DNA of 64,000 bases from Amoebidium appalachense (taxonomy: Eukaryota; Protista; Ichthyosporea). The notes below the pieces were generated by a model that did not search any database, was not told the origin of the DNA, and saw only the letters and a program-made list of their open reading frames with translations. Location: assembly GCA_963693365.1 (NCBI GenBank), contig CAVNZM010000004.1:124001-188000 (forward strand). The letters are read 5' to 3'. Position 1 is the stretch's first letter. The number at the start of each line of letters is the position of its first letter. A program made the position numbers and the translations under genes. Positions 49,533 to 64,000 of the stretch are shown here, piece after piece.

Positions 49533-50621
49533 ACCCACCACACACACACTAATATTGTGCTGCAGGAGCTTGCACGGCACACGCCGGACAGCCATGCCGA
49601 CAAGGCGGCGCTGCTGCAGGCCGTGGGGGAGTACACGCGCATGGTGGGGGCAGTGGACAACATGCGGCGGCTCAAGGACTTTGAGCGCACCCTGGCTGGG
49701 GCCGAGCTGGAGGGTTTGACCCAGGCACAGCTGCTGGGCCTGGGGGACCTGGAGTACTACACCACTGTGCTGGCTAGGGGCAGGGACGGCAGCCTCAAGG
49801 AGCGGGTGCTGTGCCTCTACAGAGACGCCCTACTGGTCTTCAACCGCACCCTGCGCTCGGGCCAGCGCGCCGTGTTCCGGCTCAAGGACAAGTACGGGCT
49901 GGGGGGGCTGGTGGTGTCTTTGGTGGAGGACAGCGAGGAGGGGGAGCACGTGTTCAGCATGGGCACGGACAAGAAGACCCTGCTGCTGGCCCTGGCCCAC
50001 TCGGCAGCTGACAGGGACGAGGCCATCAGCGCCCTGCAGCTGGCCACAGAGCAGGCCGGCCGGCAGGCGGGGGCGGGCAAGAAGAGCCTCACGCAGCGCA
50101 TCAACCAGACCCTGGACCGCACCCTGGACTACCTGACCAAGCAGGGCCCAGACCAGAGCCCCACGCCCCGGCACAAGCCACCGCCCATCCAGCGCAGCCA
50201 CAGCAGCAGCGACCAGCACCAGGGCCCCATGCAGAGCCCCAGTGCCCCGGCCCTGCACCCCGTGCCCTCGATGCAGCGCCGCAGCCGCTCCATCGACACC
50301 AGCGCCCAGGACCCCACGGCCTCACACAGGCCCAGCGACAGCACAGACAAGACTCTGGCCCCGGCACAGCCCCCGGCCCGGCCAGCAAGTGGGGGTGGGC
50401 CAGCAGCCACACTGTGCACAGACAGCAAGCCGGCCGTGTTTACACCGTCAAAGGGGCTGGACGAGGGCAGTGAGCTGGCCAAGATGTTCGGTGTGGTCAG
50501 TGATCTGCAGCGGCAGATCAAGACCCTCAAGGCAGACTTGGACGACACTAGGGCACGACTGGACGAGGAGCAGAGGGCACGCAGGGCACTGGAGGAGTGG
50601 ATTCACACCCGCCTCAAGTAG
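45081..50621 (+). CDS. ARHGEF7: PIX-family Rho guanine nucleotide exchange factor (ARHGEF6/7-like): CH-SH3-DH-PH-coiled coil, 2 exons
   Basis: Exon 1 (45081-46226): CH LQDGIVLCEALNAL, SH3 ALYAY...DELSF...EGWWEG...GWFPTPYV, DH VINEIVESEYNF...RPIERVKKYPVLLK. Exon 2 (49566-50621): ELARHTPDSHAD, PH, and LDEEQRARRALEE resembling the PIX trimerisation coil. The alpha/beta paralogue cannot be distinguished. Confidence 0.9.
47751..48033 (+). mobile_element. Structured-core interspersed element, copy A (divergent)
   Basis: Homologous to copies B and C. Ends GCATTCAAA followed by poly(C); lies in the PIX intron. Confidence 0.75.
48055..48433 (+). pseudogene. Possible decayed C-terminal fragment of a non-LTR retrotransposon ORF, directly upstream of copy B
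   Basis: High-complexity island between poly(C) and copy B. With frameshift and stops it reads ITYFRLTS/GHSFPFE...SDCEFCGLRDLILFSWC, resembling the FRLxxHxLxIE + CxxC..C tail of RTEX/CR1-like LINEs. Weak, by-eye match. Confidence 0.35.
48434..48731 (+). mobile_element. Structured-core interspersed element, copy B
   Basis: Near-identical to the reverse complement of 61820-62123. Ends GACGCATTCAAA + poly(C). Confidence 0.85.
48496..48656 (+). ncRNA. Candidate pseudoknotted structured RNA (~165-nt core of the element); unclassified
   Basis: Stems are conserved between copies A, B and C by compensatory changes; G-U pairs fix the strand. Confidence 0.55.
48859..48965 (+). mobile_element. Structured-core element, 5'-truncated degenerate copy D
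   Basis: GAGGATGGGCTC...TATGCATAC...GTGTACTTC...CCATTC followed by poly(C); matches the 3' half of copies A-C. Confidence 0.55.
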
Positions 50622-50730
50622 CCTTTATTCTTTGTTGTAAACACATTCGTGCCTAACACGTTACTTGCATACGTGCATACATATGAGGTGCGTTGGCTGG
50701 GTCAGGTCCACATGGACGTTGCATGGCCAA

Positions 50731-50821
50731 TTACAGTGACGCCAGCACGGCATCCAGCTCTTTGGCGGTGTCTGGGGGCCAAAACGCATGAGTCACACTG
50801 CCCACCCACACCACCCCACCC

Positions 50822-50867
<46 letters not shown>

Positions 50868-51400
50868 CATGCACGCACCCCGTATGGCCTTAGTTGTGCA
50901 GCCCTTGACAACCATGTCTGCGCCCTGCTTTGCTCTGCCCTTGATGTCAGCTGGCAGGGTGGCCAGCCACTCATTCAGGCGGCTGCGGATGTGTGCAGCC
51001 TTGAGGGCAAAGTGCTGCCTGGCCACCTCCCCAAACACCTGCCCCTCAGCGTCAGCATGCAGGCCCATAGTGCCCAGCCCTGGTGTGCATGCACATGTGT
51101 GGGCTGTGGCAGGGAGACACGGGGGGGGGGGGGGGGGGGGGGGGGGGGCATACACTGGGGGGGTTCTTGATGTGGTCCAGCATGGCGTAGCGCATGGTGG
51201 CATAGCGCACGGCCTGGCTGTAGCCCCGGGCCTCCTCGCTGTGCCCGTGGTGCTCAAAGCCCTGCAGCCCACCATGCACACGTCAACTGCGTGTGTGGGT
51301 GTGTGAAGTGTGTGTGCATGTGTGATCATGCTTTGTGTAAAACTTTATCTTTGATTTTTTTGGGTGGAACCGTGGTGGTGGTGGTTGCTGGTGGGGTGGT

Positions 51401-51492
<92 letters not shown>

Positions 51493-52155
51493 GGGGGGGA
51501 GGGCACTGGGTGGCGCAAATAAGCGAAGTGTGAGCCCTTTTATGCGTTTCTATGCAGGTGCGCTAGCATGCAACCGTAGCAGAATGAGTAGAATGGTGCC
51601 ATGGTTGGACCCAACACCCAACCACATATGGGGGAAGCACACGAAAAGGGCCGTGCCCTATACACCGCTTAGCAGCCCTTCGAACTGTGTACTGCATTCG
51701 TTCACTGATAAAAGCAAGCTAGACGAACCTACGTTCATGTTAGTGTCCCTAAGACAAATAAGTGTGGGTGGGACGGGGTGCGGGGTGGTGGGTGGGGGGA
51801 TGGGGTGGGGGTTCACGTACAGGCTCGTTTGAGTAGGGCTGGTCGACCATGATGAGACTCTGGATGGAGATCAGCACCTGCAGCAGTGTAGACGTGCCTG
51901 CACTCCAGCCTGTGTGTGTGTGTGTGTGTGTTTGTGTTTGTGTGTGTGTCCGGGGGGGGAAGGGGGGGGGGGGGTTGGTTAGAGAAGTACGAATGGGCAA
52001 ACCCTGTAAGTTGGACGGTTGTAGTGTGTGCGCGCGAAAAGAGGGAATGGGGTGAGGTTCACAAAGGTTAATCGAGAGCTGAGAGGCACCAAGATGTTCC
52101 GTTGGCACAGTGAATGTGCAGCCAGGTTTGCAGAGCTGATGCGTCACCGTTTGTA

Positions 52156-52189
<34 letters not shown>

Positions 52190-53110
52190 CGTGTGTGTGC
52201 GTGTGTGGGTTTAGGGTGGGGGGAGGGGGGGGCGGATTGGGGGTGGGGAGGGGGAGAGGGGGGGGGGGGGGGGGGGGGAGGGCAGGGGAGGAAGATGGGG
52301 GCCGGGGAGGTGGGGTACGGACCTGGGCCGCTCCAAGTGCCTAGCAGAGACAGGCAGACCTTGCCACAGTTGTCTGCAAGACAAGGGGTCAGCGTGGAAC
52401 CACATGGCCACAGGGGCCAATATCACGTGTGGGTGCATGCATGTGCGTGTGTGGATTTCCTTAGCATTTCCTGTTGTATCTCGGTTTAGATGTGTGTGTG
52501 CGGGCCTCTATGGTGTTTGAGGAAACCATACGGGTAGGCACCCATGGGGGAAGGGGGGCGAGGGGGGGGGTTGGGGGGGGATGTTCGCAGCTACTGATGT
52601 GAGCCCGTGTGTGTATTTAGGAGGCAATGTGCATCAGCGGGGCATGCATGCATGAACCCGTCCAGGACATCAGCACAGCATGTGTGCACACATCTCATGA
52701 GCCACCGTGGTGTCTTGTGGCCACTTACACAGGTTGGGGTTGAACCGCACGGCCCCTCTGCCCCTGTGGCCGCACCGTGTCAGCAGGCCATATAAGGCAA
52801 GGGCAGCATGCAGGGGGCACCCACGTGGTGACCAGGCTCACGTGGGGGGGCACATTGGGGTAGCTGGCCGGCAGGTGGATGTCGAACTCAAACAGCCCAT
52901 CCTCGTATGGCGTGTCCGGTGGACCCACCACTAGTGCCTGCATCCCAATATGTATGGTCGGTGCAATGCTCACAATTGCTAAAGAAGTGTACAAGCGCAC
53001 AAATGTACATCACACTCAGCACACGCACATCGATACACATGCACCCACTCGCACACGTACTTGACCCCACCCACCCCCACACGCACGCCCACACAATATT
53101 CTGATATCAG

Positions 53111-53160
<50 letters not shown>

Positions 53161-53223
53161 TTCACCCACTGACACACACACACACACGTACGCGAGCGCG
53201 AACACATGCACACACGCGCACGT

Positions 53224-53261
<38 letters not shown>

Positions 53262-56200
53262 AAAGACACACATACACACACAGATTCGCACATACACACA
53301 CACATACACGCACCCACACCTAAAGACACACACACACACACAGATTCGCACACACACACACATACACACACATACACACACACATACACGCACCCACACC
53401 CAACGACACACACACACACAGATTCGCACACACACACACACACACACACACAGATTCGCACACACACACACACACACACACACACCCACACCCAAAAACA
53501 CACACACGCAGATTCGCACACACAAGCACACACACATGCCTTACTCAACAATCCACAAAGAGCACACATTACCTGCTCGCACAAGTCCTCCCCACACATC
53601 CACACAGACGTCCATTCACACTGACATACACACACGATGACATGCACTTACTCGCACACACACGCACTTACACATGAGCATATGCGCACGTGCAATCACC
53701 CATCCATGCACACACTTTCAGATTCATACAAGTACACGCCAACCAACTCACGCATACACACACAAAACATGCCGCACAGTTCAACACATGCACACACATG
53801 CACACACGGGCAGTCACCTTCAGCACGTCCATGCGTGACTCGTCGACCCTCACAAAGATCGTTGAGTCGTAGGCCAGCGGCAGGCTGGTGGCCAGGGACG
53901 ATACCTCCTTGCTCACCCTGCATGGTGCATTAGTGCCCCGCTCAAACCACACACACCCCTCACACCATGCAAACCACAGACAAACCTTACATCCATGCAA
54001 ATCACACACACCCCTACTGTGCCCATCTAAACCACACAACACTTGACCCCCAACCCGCACATGTAACCAAGCCACACATACCTGATGAGCAGGCCGGAAG
54101 GCGTGTCTTTGCTCAGCTCTGTAGGGAAGCTGTCAGCATACGACTTCCATGGGCACTTCTGTGCGCACCCTCTCCCCTGCATTATGCAGGCCGAAGCAAA
54201 CCCTGCAGCACGGTGTGCATGCTGGTGCGGTGCATGGGTGCGCATGTCTGGCACGTGCATGCATGGGCATACCCTTGTGGTAGGTGTACTGGCCACTGCA
54301 GATGTCAGCCTGCTCCAGCCTCTTGTCCCTCATGGCCTCACAGTAGCGCCGTGCTGCTGCTTCCTCCCCGTCCCCCTCCCCCTCACTGCCCTCACTCTCC
54401 TCCCCCTCCACATCCCTGCCCCGCTTGTGGATGCCTGGTCCACATGTGCCCCGTCAGCAAGATCCAGCACACCTGCAGCGCTGACATGCCACGTGGCACC
54501 ATATAGCCACACAGTATCCTCCTCCCCCTTCTCCCCTGCACCCTTCCCACACACAAGCGGAAAAAAAGGTGCAGAGGAAAAAAAAGTAAGGAAAAGAGCA
54601 GAAGGGGAAGACTTCCACACACACACGTAGTAGAAGCCATGGCAGCCCCATGCAACACATGCCATGGCGCAATGTGCACACACCTATGCCGAGCAGGGGT
54701 GCATTTTCAGCCAGGGCGCAGACCATGTCGTGTGTCTCACTGATCTCCAGCCCCATGGCCAGCGCACACGTGGCCGTCTCGTCCTCCACGTGGCTGAGCT
54801 GCAGCAGGCAGTGAGTCGTGGCCCTGTGGGAGTGTGCCCATGCAACAAACGTGGGGTGCGGTGGGGCGGGGTGGTGGTGAGGGGAGGGGAGGGGGAGGGG
54901 GGAGGGGGGGGGGGGGGGGTATTAATTACCTGACCACCTGTGAGGAACTTTGCCTGCATGTGCAGGTCACGCAGACACTGTAGAATGCTGCGGCTGGGCC
55001 CCTCCTCGTCCTCACCCACCTCTGCACTCGCACACGTCAGCACGTGCTGCAGTGTCACGGTGTGCTGGCTGAGCCACCACGCATGCACATGGTGGCCACC
55101 AAGGGAGGGCATGTGCTCACCTGTGACTATGATGTAGGCCTGGGCCCCACACACGTCAGCCAGGTCAGCAAGCGTCAGCACCCTGCCTCCCACCCAATAC
55201 CTACCAGGTCGGGGTGTGCAGCCAGCCGCTTGGTCAGCAGCAGCCCCTGCAGGTACAGCCCGTCCCGTGTGGCTGCATGCACAGGTCAGCAAATTGTCTG
55301 CACAAAACATGCAGACACCATACATGCAGCCACCATACATGCAGCCACCATGCATCCAGCCACCATACATCCAGCCACCATGCACCCACACATCAACCAT
55401 ACATCCAGCCACCATGCACCCACACATCAACCATACATCCAGCCACCATGCACCCACACATCAACCATACATCCAGCCACCATGCACCCACACATCAACC
55501 ATACATCCAGCCACCATGCACCCACACATCAACCATACATCCAGCCACCATGCACCCATACAGCCACCATGCACCCATACAGCCACCATGCACCCACACA
55601 GCCACCATGCACCCACAGAGCCACCATGCACCCATACAGCCACCATGCACCCACACAGCCACCATGCACCCATACAGCCACCATGCACCCATACAGCCAC
55701 CATGCACGCATCCAGCCACCATGCACCCACACATCCACATGCCCTTACCTATGTCCATGATGGCGTCATTTGTGAACAGTGTGGCCAGCACCTGCTGCAG
55801 GGTTGCCGCCTGGCGGTGGAACACGGGCAGCCACACAAAGTCCGTGGCCTGCATGCTGCCCTCGTTGTCCCTGCACCACACCCAGCCGTAAGTTGGCTTT
55901 CAGAACACCCTAAAATGAAAAAGGGGAGCGTGGGGCGGATGTAGGGCACGAAGGGAAAAGGAATGGGGGTGAGGGAGAGCAGGGCAGGACGTACAGGAAT
56001 GCAGGGATGGCCTGGCACACGGCCCTGAGTGCTTCAGTCAGGGTGGCATCACGTTGCTGCTGCTGTTGCTGTGGCCACGAGTCAGCTGGGATCCTGCAGC
56101 ACCTGCATTGCTGCAGAACACAACCCCCCCCACCCCCCCCCCTCTCTCGCCCCCCCCCTCTCTCTCGGCTTACACCCCCCCCCTGCCCATTCTCCCCCCC

Positions 56201-56401
56201 CCATATATATATGTATATCTTTTCTTTACACCCACGCAAACACGCACCCGTCCACTTATGGACGCACACATGCCCACACGATGCATGCATGCATGCATAC
56301 ACGCATGTGCGGACACACACAAGCCCACGTCGACGCTCACGCCCATGCTAACGCACAGGCACAGGCACAGGCACAGGCACACACACACACACACAGACAC
56401 A

Positions 56402-56466
<65 letters not shown>

Positions 56467-57550
56467 GCACCTTGATGGAGTCCAGCACCTTCTGGTTGAT
56501 CTTGTCGTTAGCCTGCCCGCCATAACCCGTGCCCCTGCCCTTGCTCTTGCTGCTCTTCTTGCGTCCCCGCACCTTGGCCTGCCCCCCCAACCATCAGCAC
56601 CCTGTCCCCCCCCCCCCCTCCCCTGTATGCACGCACCACCACGTCATCCATCTGGCCCCAGGCCTCCACCAGCTGGTCCAGTGCATCCACAGCCTGAAGG
56701 GTGGCCTGACGCTGGCAGCACACCTGTGGGGGTATTTGGGGGGGGGGGGGGGGGGAGGAGGAGAGGTGTCGGCCATCGGTGTTGTTGCTTGGTGTACCGG
56801 ACAGAACAAGCTGAAGAGAGTGCCGAGTGCAGGCAAGAAAGCAAAATGGAGAGAATGAGGGGGAGGAGAGCCACCATGGAGGGGGGAGAAGGGGGGGGGT
56901 GGTTGTGGACACTGCAGGGCACACATCCACAGCAAGAAGCATGCATGCAGCAGCACGGGGCCGTTACCTGGCCACGGTCTATGGGCAAGGTGCAGGCCGG
57001 GCAGTATGTGGTGCCGCACTTGCCACACCGCACCTGCTGGGCACCCTGCCACCGGGGTCCTGCCCCCCCACGGCCCTTGCTCCCTCTGCATGTCCCATTA
57101 GCAGCTGCCACAGCCAACCACGGTGCCCTCCCCCCCCCCCCGAGGGACCCCCACAGCCTTGGGCACACCTCGGGCAGCCCACCTGCATGCCGGGCACAAT
57201 GGGGGCTGTGCCCTGAGGGCGGCATCTATCCAGGCCACCACGTGGCCCAGCAGCTCTGATGATTGGCTGCTGCCCAGCCCCTCAGCTATGTCCCGCCACC
57301 TTAGCCCCTGCCATACATGGTTAGCCATGCGTGTGTTTAAATGGTATTGCACAGGGACACACCCACCTGGCCACAGCCCTCCACGGGGCAGCCAGGACAC
57401 AGGGCCGCCAGATTGTAGTCCTCCTTGCCCCTGCACATCACCTCGTCAGCATAGGCTATGCCTGCTACATTTTATGATTATTATCATACTGCCTTGATTT
57501 ATACCCTGTCATTTTTTATTTCATTAATTTCTTTTGGTTGGTGGTGAGGG

Positions 57551-57588
<38 letters not shown>

Positions 57589-59257
57589 GGGGGGGGGAGG
57601 AAGGAAGGGGGAGTTGATGATGAGGTTTTGTGTAATAGCAGAAGAGACACATTGCATTTGGCCATGGCCACAATATCAAGAGGGCAGGCGCAGTGGCTGT
57701 TTGGTGCTTTCTTCCGGTGCTTCTAGTCGTTTTATGCGAAAGCAGGAGGCAAGAGAGTGGGGCTTCTACTGTTTTGTATTGTGTGCATGCGCATATATGA
57801 ACCCGTACCTTGGCTGTGTGTCGGCCACGACCGCCTGACACAGTGCCTGCAGACATGCACGGCACAGGCGGTGGCCACAGCCATACAGCGACACCGTCTG
57901 GCCCACCGGGCACACCGCCCTACAACTGCCAACACCACACTCTACTAGTGCCTCGGGCCCTGTGTCTGCACCCCCAAGATATCAGCACCTTGGGGAGGAG
58001 TAATGTGATGTTCTCCCAGAGGTGGGAGCTTGCCAAGCATGGAGGGTGGCTATGGCAACTGGAGTCGGCAGGTGTGGCCGTAAAAGGGGTGGAATGAGGG
58101 GGGGGGGGGGAGGGGGGGGGGGGGGGGGGGGGGAGGGGAGGATCTAATACATCAGAGATTACGAATACCCGCACTACAGGCATGGCCCAGGCAAGGCCAC
58201 GTGCACGTGCAGGGCAAAGCAAGGACAGGGTACCTTCATCGACCCTGCGTCTCTTCTGCGGCAGTGGTTTGGCGGGGGACTCCTCATCCAGCACCACCAC
58301 GGTCTCTGCCTTGCGCTTGCGCTCCTTCTTGGGCGGTGAGTCTACTATCTCCACCACGTCCTCCCCACCCCCACAGCCAGACGCATGTGCCTCGATGGCT
58401 GCAACCGCAAACTCTTTGTTGCACAGTGGACACGCTACCGTGTCTGTGTTGTCTGCTTCAGCCTGTGGGTGCCCGGGGGGGGGGGGGGGGGGGGGGGGAG
58501 GGGAGACAGGGCAGGGTTAATTACGCTTTTCGAGAAAGGCTGTCGAACCTTTAGATTGCTGAAATAGTGTTTGTCGGCTGGCAGGGAAAAGGTTACAAGG
58601 TATGGGTCAGGTAAGGTGGAGGTGGAGGGAGAGGGGGGGGGGGGGGACTGGGCATAATCGAGAGAGCACGGATTGGTTATGGGCGGAGGAGGGCCGGTGA
58701 TAAGGTTGAAGGGGGGGGGGGTTATCCTTTCTTCACCTTCTCATTTTCTTTTTCGGGTTTTATTTACTTATTTATTATTTTTGGAGTGGAGGGGGGAGGG
58801 GGGGCGGGGGGTTAAGGTACAGCTTTTGAAGCAAGGGTCTATAGTGTTGCTGTACCCTTGGTTTATACGGATCGCTGTGCATGGCTGACACATGGGCATT
58901 AACAGGTATTGTGTGTCTATTCCCAACAAACACGTGAAATAACCACATGCACACGCTTCCAAATTTGCAATTGCTCTTTGATGGATAAGGCCCAGAAAGT
59001 AGCAACTGGTTGAGGAGGTCGAACAAAACTTTCAGGCACCGATTGAGAAACTTAGAAAGAATGGTCGCTAAGCGGGAAACCCCGTCTTCGATAAAGTATA
59101 CGGTCAAAGGACAGGAGTGAAATGGATGCTTGCCAGTCCAAGAGGGAGGTGCAGCAGCAAGCAGATCTAAAAGACAGGTGTGTGTGTGTGTGTGTGTGTG
59201 TGCGTGTGTGTGTGTTGTGTGTGTGTGTGTGTGTGTGTGTGTGAGTGCGTGAGTGCG

Positions 59258-59325
<68 letters not shown>

Positions 59326-59909
59326 TGTGTGTTTGAGTGTGTGTGTGCGTGTGTGGGTGTGTGTGTATGTGGGTGTGTGTGTGTGTGTGTGCATCCCTCA
59401 TTGTGGCAGAACGGAAGGTCATAAATAACCACGTGGTGCATAAGCTACAACACTCACTAACGCTGAGAGTAAGAGGGGGAAAGGGTTTCGCTGTAGCTGT
59501 CTTCCTGGTGTCAGCTCAGCACAAAACCTGGGCCCTTCATACCGTTGTACTGGCCAAGCAGGTCCCAACAATCACCAATCAGTAAACGTCAAGCATTCAT
59601 TAGGGGAATTATGCGCTTTCCTTCCATAATGGCATAATAATGCAAGCGTTTTATTTGAATTGAGCGGCTCAGAGGTATGCAAGAGCAAAATTGGGTAATA
59701 AGGACCACTAAGTGCAAGGAAGCTGGGCAAGTACGAGTTAGGAGGCAGGCACAGACAGGGGTGGGGTGGAATGGAAGGAAGCGGGCTAGAGAATTAAATA
59801 CATCATTTTGCCCGGCCTGCTCTTCATCACCCCCCGTGCAGGCGCTGGCATGGTCCTCTATCTCGTCATCAGGGTATGCCCGCCCACAAAGTGGACAGTC
59901 CACCGTCAT
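50731..59909 (-). CDS. Ubiquitin-conjugating enzyme with BIRC6-type UBC domain fused to 2x UBZ, SIMs, NLS, RING and IBR-like zinc fingers
   Basis: Start [24 protein letters not shown] (59909). Second [35 protein letters not shown]...CGHRLCRAC...CPVEGC. IBR-like CPAC...[19 protein letters not shown] and [23 protein letters not shown]...[34 protein letters not shown]...[20 protein letters not shown]...[10 protein letters not shown]...PYSNEPG. Stop TAA at 50731. Extra exons in 58520-59560 are unresolved. Confidence 0.85.
55318..55735. repeat. Intronic minisatellite built on CAGCCACCATGCACCCA (19- and 36-bp variants)
   Basis: Direct reading. Confidence 0.9.
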
Positions 59910-60204
59910 GGTTGCTTGTAGCGCCTGCTCTCATCCACCCAGGCACTTTGCCTTTTATGGCATCCAATAGGAGTTTTTCTGTGTGTTATCCGCTACATAT
60001 AGCTACTATTAATAAATAGCTACACTTCCTCTTCTTCCTATCCACTGCTACACAGCTGTCACACCTGGCCCCGCTTGACACTTTCTGGCCGGAAGGGTTT
60101 TGCAACACGATCATGAGTTCGTGACTCTCAGCTGCAGGGTCTCGAACTCTCAAGTTGCGGGAACCGTTGCGGCACCCTGCTCGATCTGGCTCACGGCAGT
60201 GCAA

Positions 60205-60262
60205 TCTGGTTGGCTACAAAAACAAGCAGCCAATCACCATGCGCTATTTGCCCGCCAAAATG
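60205..60262 (-). promoter_or_regulatory. Putative promoter of the UBC gene: E2F-like TTTTGGCGGG (60251-60260) plus CCAAT box
   Basis: Motif matches ~340 bp upstream of the ATG; motif evidence only. Confidence 0.35.
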
Positions 60263-60927
60263 TTTGCGCAAACCCTGACTAACTTGCTATGTTTTTTTTG
60301 TAGTCTGAAACAAAAAAAAAATTCCTAAAACAGTGTGGACCACTATGTACCCTCCGTGTGCGTGCATGGCTAATAAATAGAAACATAGTTGATTTAATCG
60401 TGGCTATTCTTCTTGAGGTTACAAACTCAGGACCTGCAGCAGTAAATCTAGATAATCAGGACCACGCAGTTAACATAATGTGCGCGAGTTGAAAAGTAGC
60501 ACTTCATGGCCTGGCCAAAAACTTATGTTCAGTTCAAGAAGGTCGTGGTACTATTCCCTCTAGATAGCTAATTAGCCATGCTTACGAGGCACACATACAC
60601 CACAGGCTTTGATGCAGTAGGAACGAACGAAGCTTATGAAATAAAACAAATTCGCAACTGTTACAGCAGCACCCGGGCAGTGCAACTATGCTGCCATAGA
60701 CCACCATGGCCAGATACGGGTACACGTGCAAGTCCGTACAATCAGAAGAGTGTGCACACAGGGCACACCGCACTTTACTAGTGTTGGCTCACAGCCCGGA
60801 CGCAACTCCGAACGTGCAGGCTGGTGGCATTAGCGGGCAAACATACGTCCAATAGATAATCGTTCACGGTTACTATATAAGGCAACAAGATATGCTCGGC
60901 CAATCATCATGGGGCGCAGGCAGAGGC

Positions 60928-63758
<2,831 letters not shown>

Positions 63759-63804
63759 TCAAGTACAGTATCACCACAGGGGGGTGGAGGGAAGGGGGGG
63801 AGAG

Positions 63805-63837
<33 letters not shown>

Positions 63838-64000
63838 TGTGAGTGCGCGTGCGCATGCATGTGCGTGTGATTATTGTTTTGACTCCCAAAACCAGGAAAA
63901 AGGGGTCGGTGAGATCAGCCATGAGATAGGCGGCACCAGGCCCTCAACACGATACCACAAATGGGAAGTAGACCGCGGGTGGGGAAAAGGGGATGGGGGT

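Overview
Eukaryotic nuclear DNA with many introns. The introns are saturated with (CA)n/(TG)n, poly(C)/poly(G) and minisatellites, so most ORFs in the supplied track are repeat artefacts. Manual GT-AG exon stitching gives six genes. (1) A long minus-strand gene, possibly two: myristoylation-type N-terminus, an unknown domain, two Ser-less alpha/beta-hydrolase domains, then a PKA/PKG-like AGC kinase. (2) An intronless SNAP-25/29-family Qbc SNARE. (3) A membrane-anchored ADAMTS-like M12B metalloprotease with a bacterial-type CHB_HEX_C/Fn3-associated domain and an EGF module. (4) A PIX (ARHGEF6/7)-like RhoGEF. (5) A UBZ-UBZ-SIM-RING-IBR-BIRC6-type UBC fusion. (6) The 3' part of Rab6. Gene content suggests a holozoan, probably unicellular; this is inference and the species cannot be determined. 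Mobile DNA: a 2.24-kb element with perfect 36-bp TIRs (hAT-like), and a four-copy ~300-bp element that always sits in poly(C) tracts. The four-copy element has a ~165-nt core whose stems and pseudoknot show compensatory changes between copies; one copy is preceded by a possible decayed LINE ORF tail. It is the best candidate for an undescribed system: a structured-RNA retroposon targeting poly(dC), or a new intronic ncRNA. All gene models and family calls come from reading motifs by eye; no searches were run.
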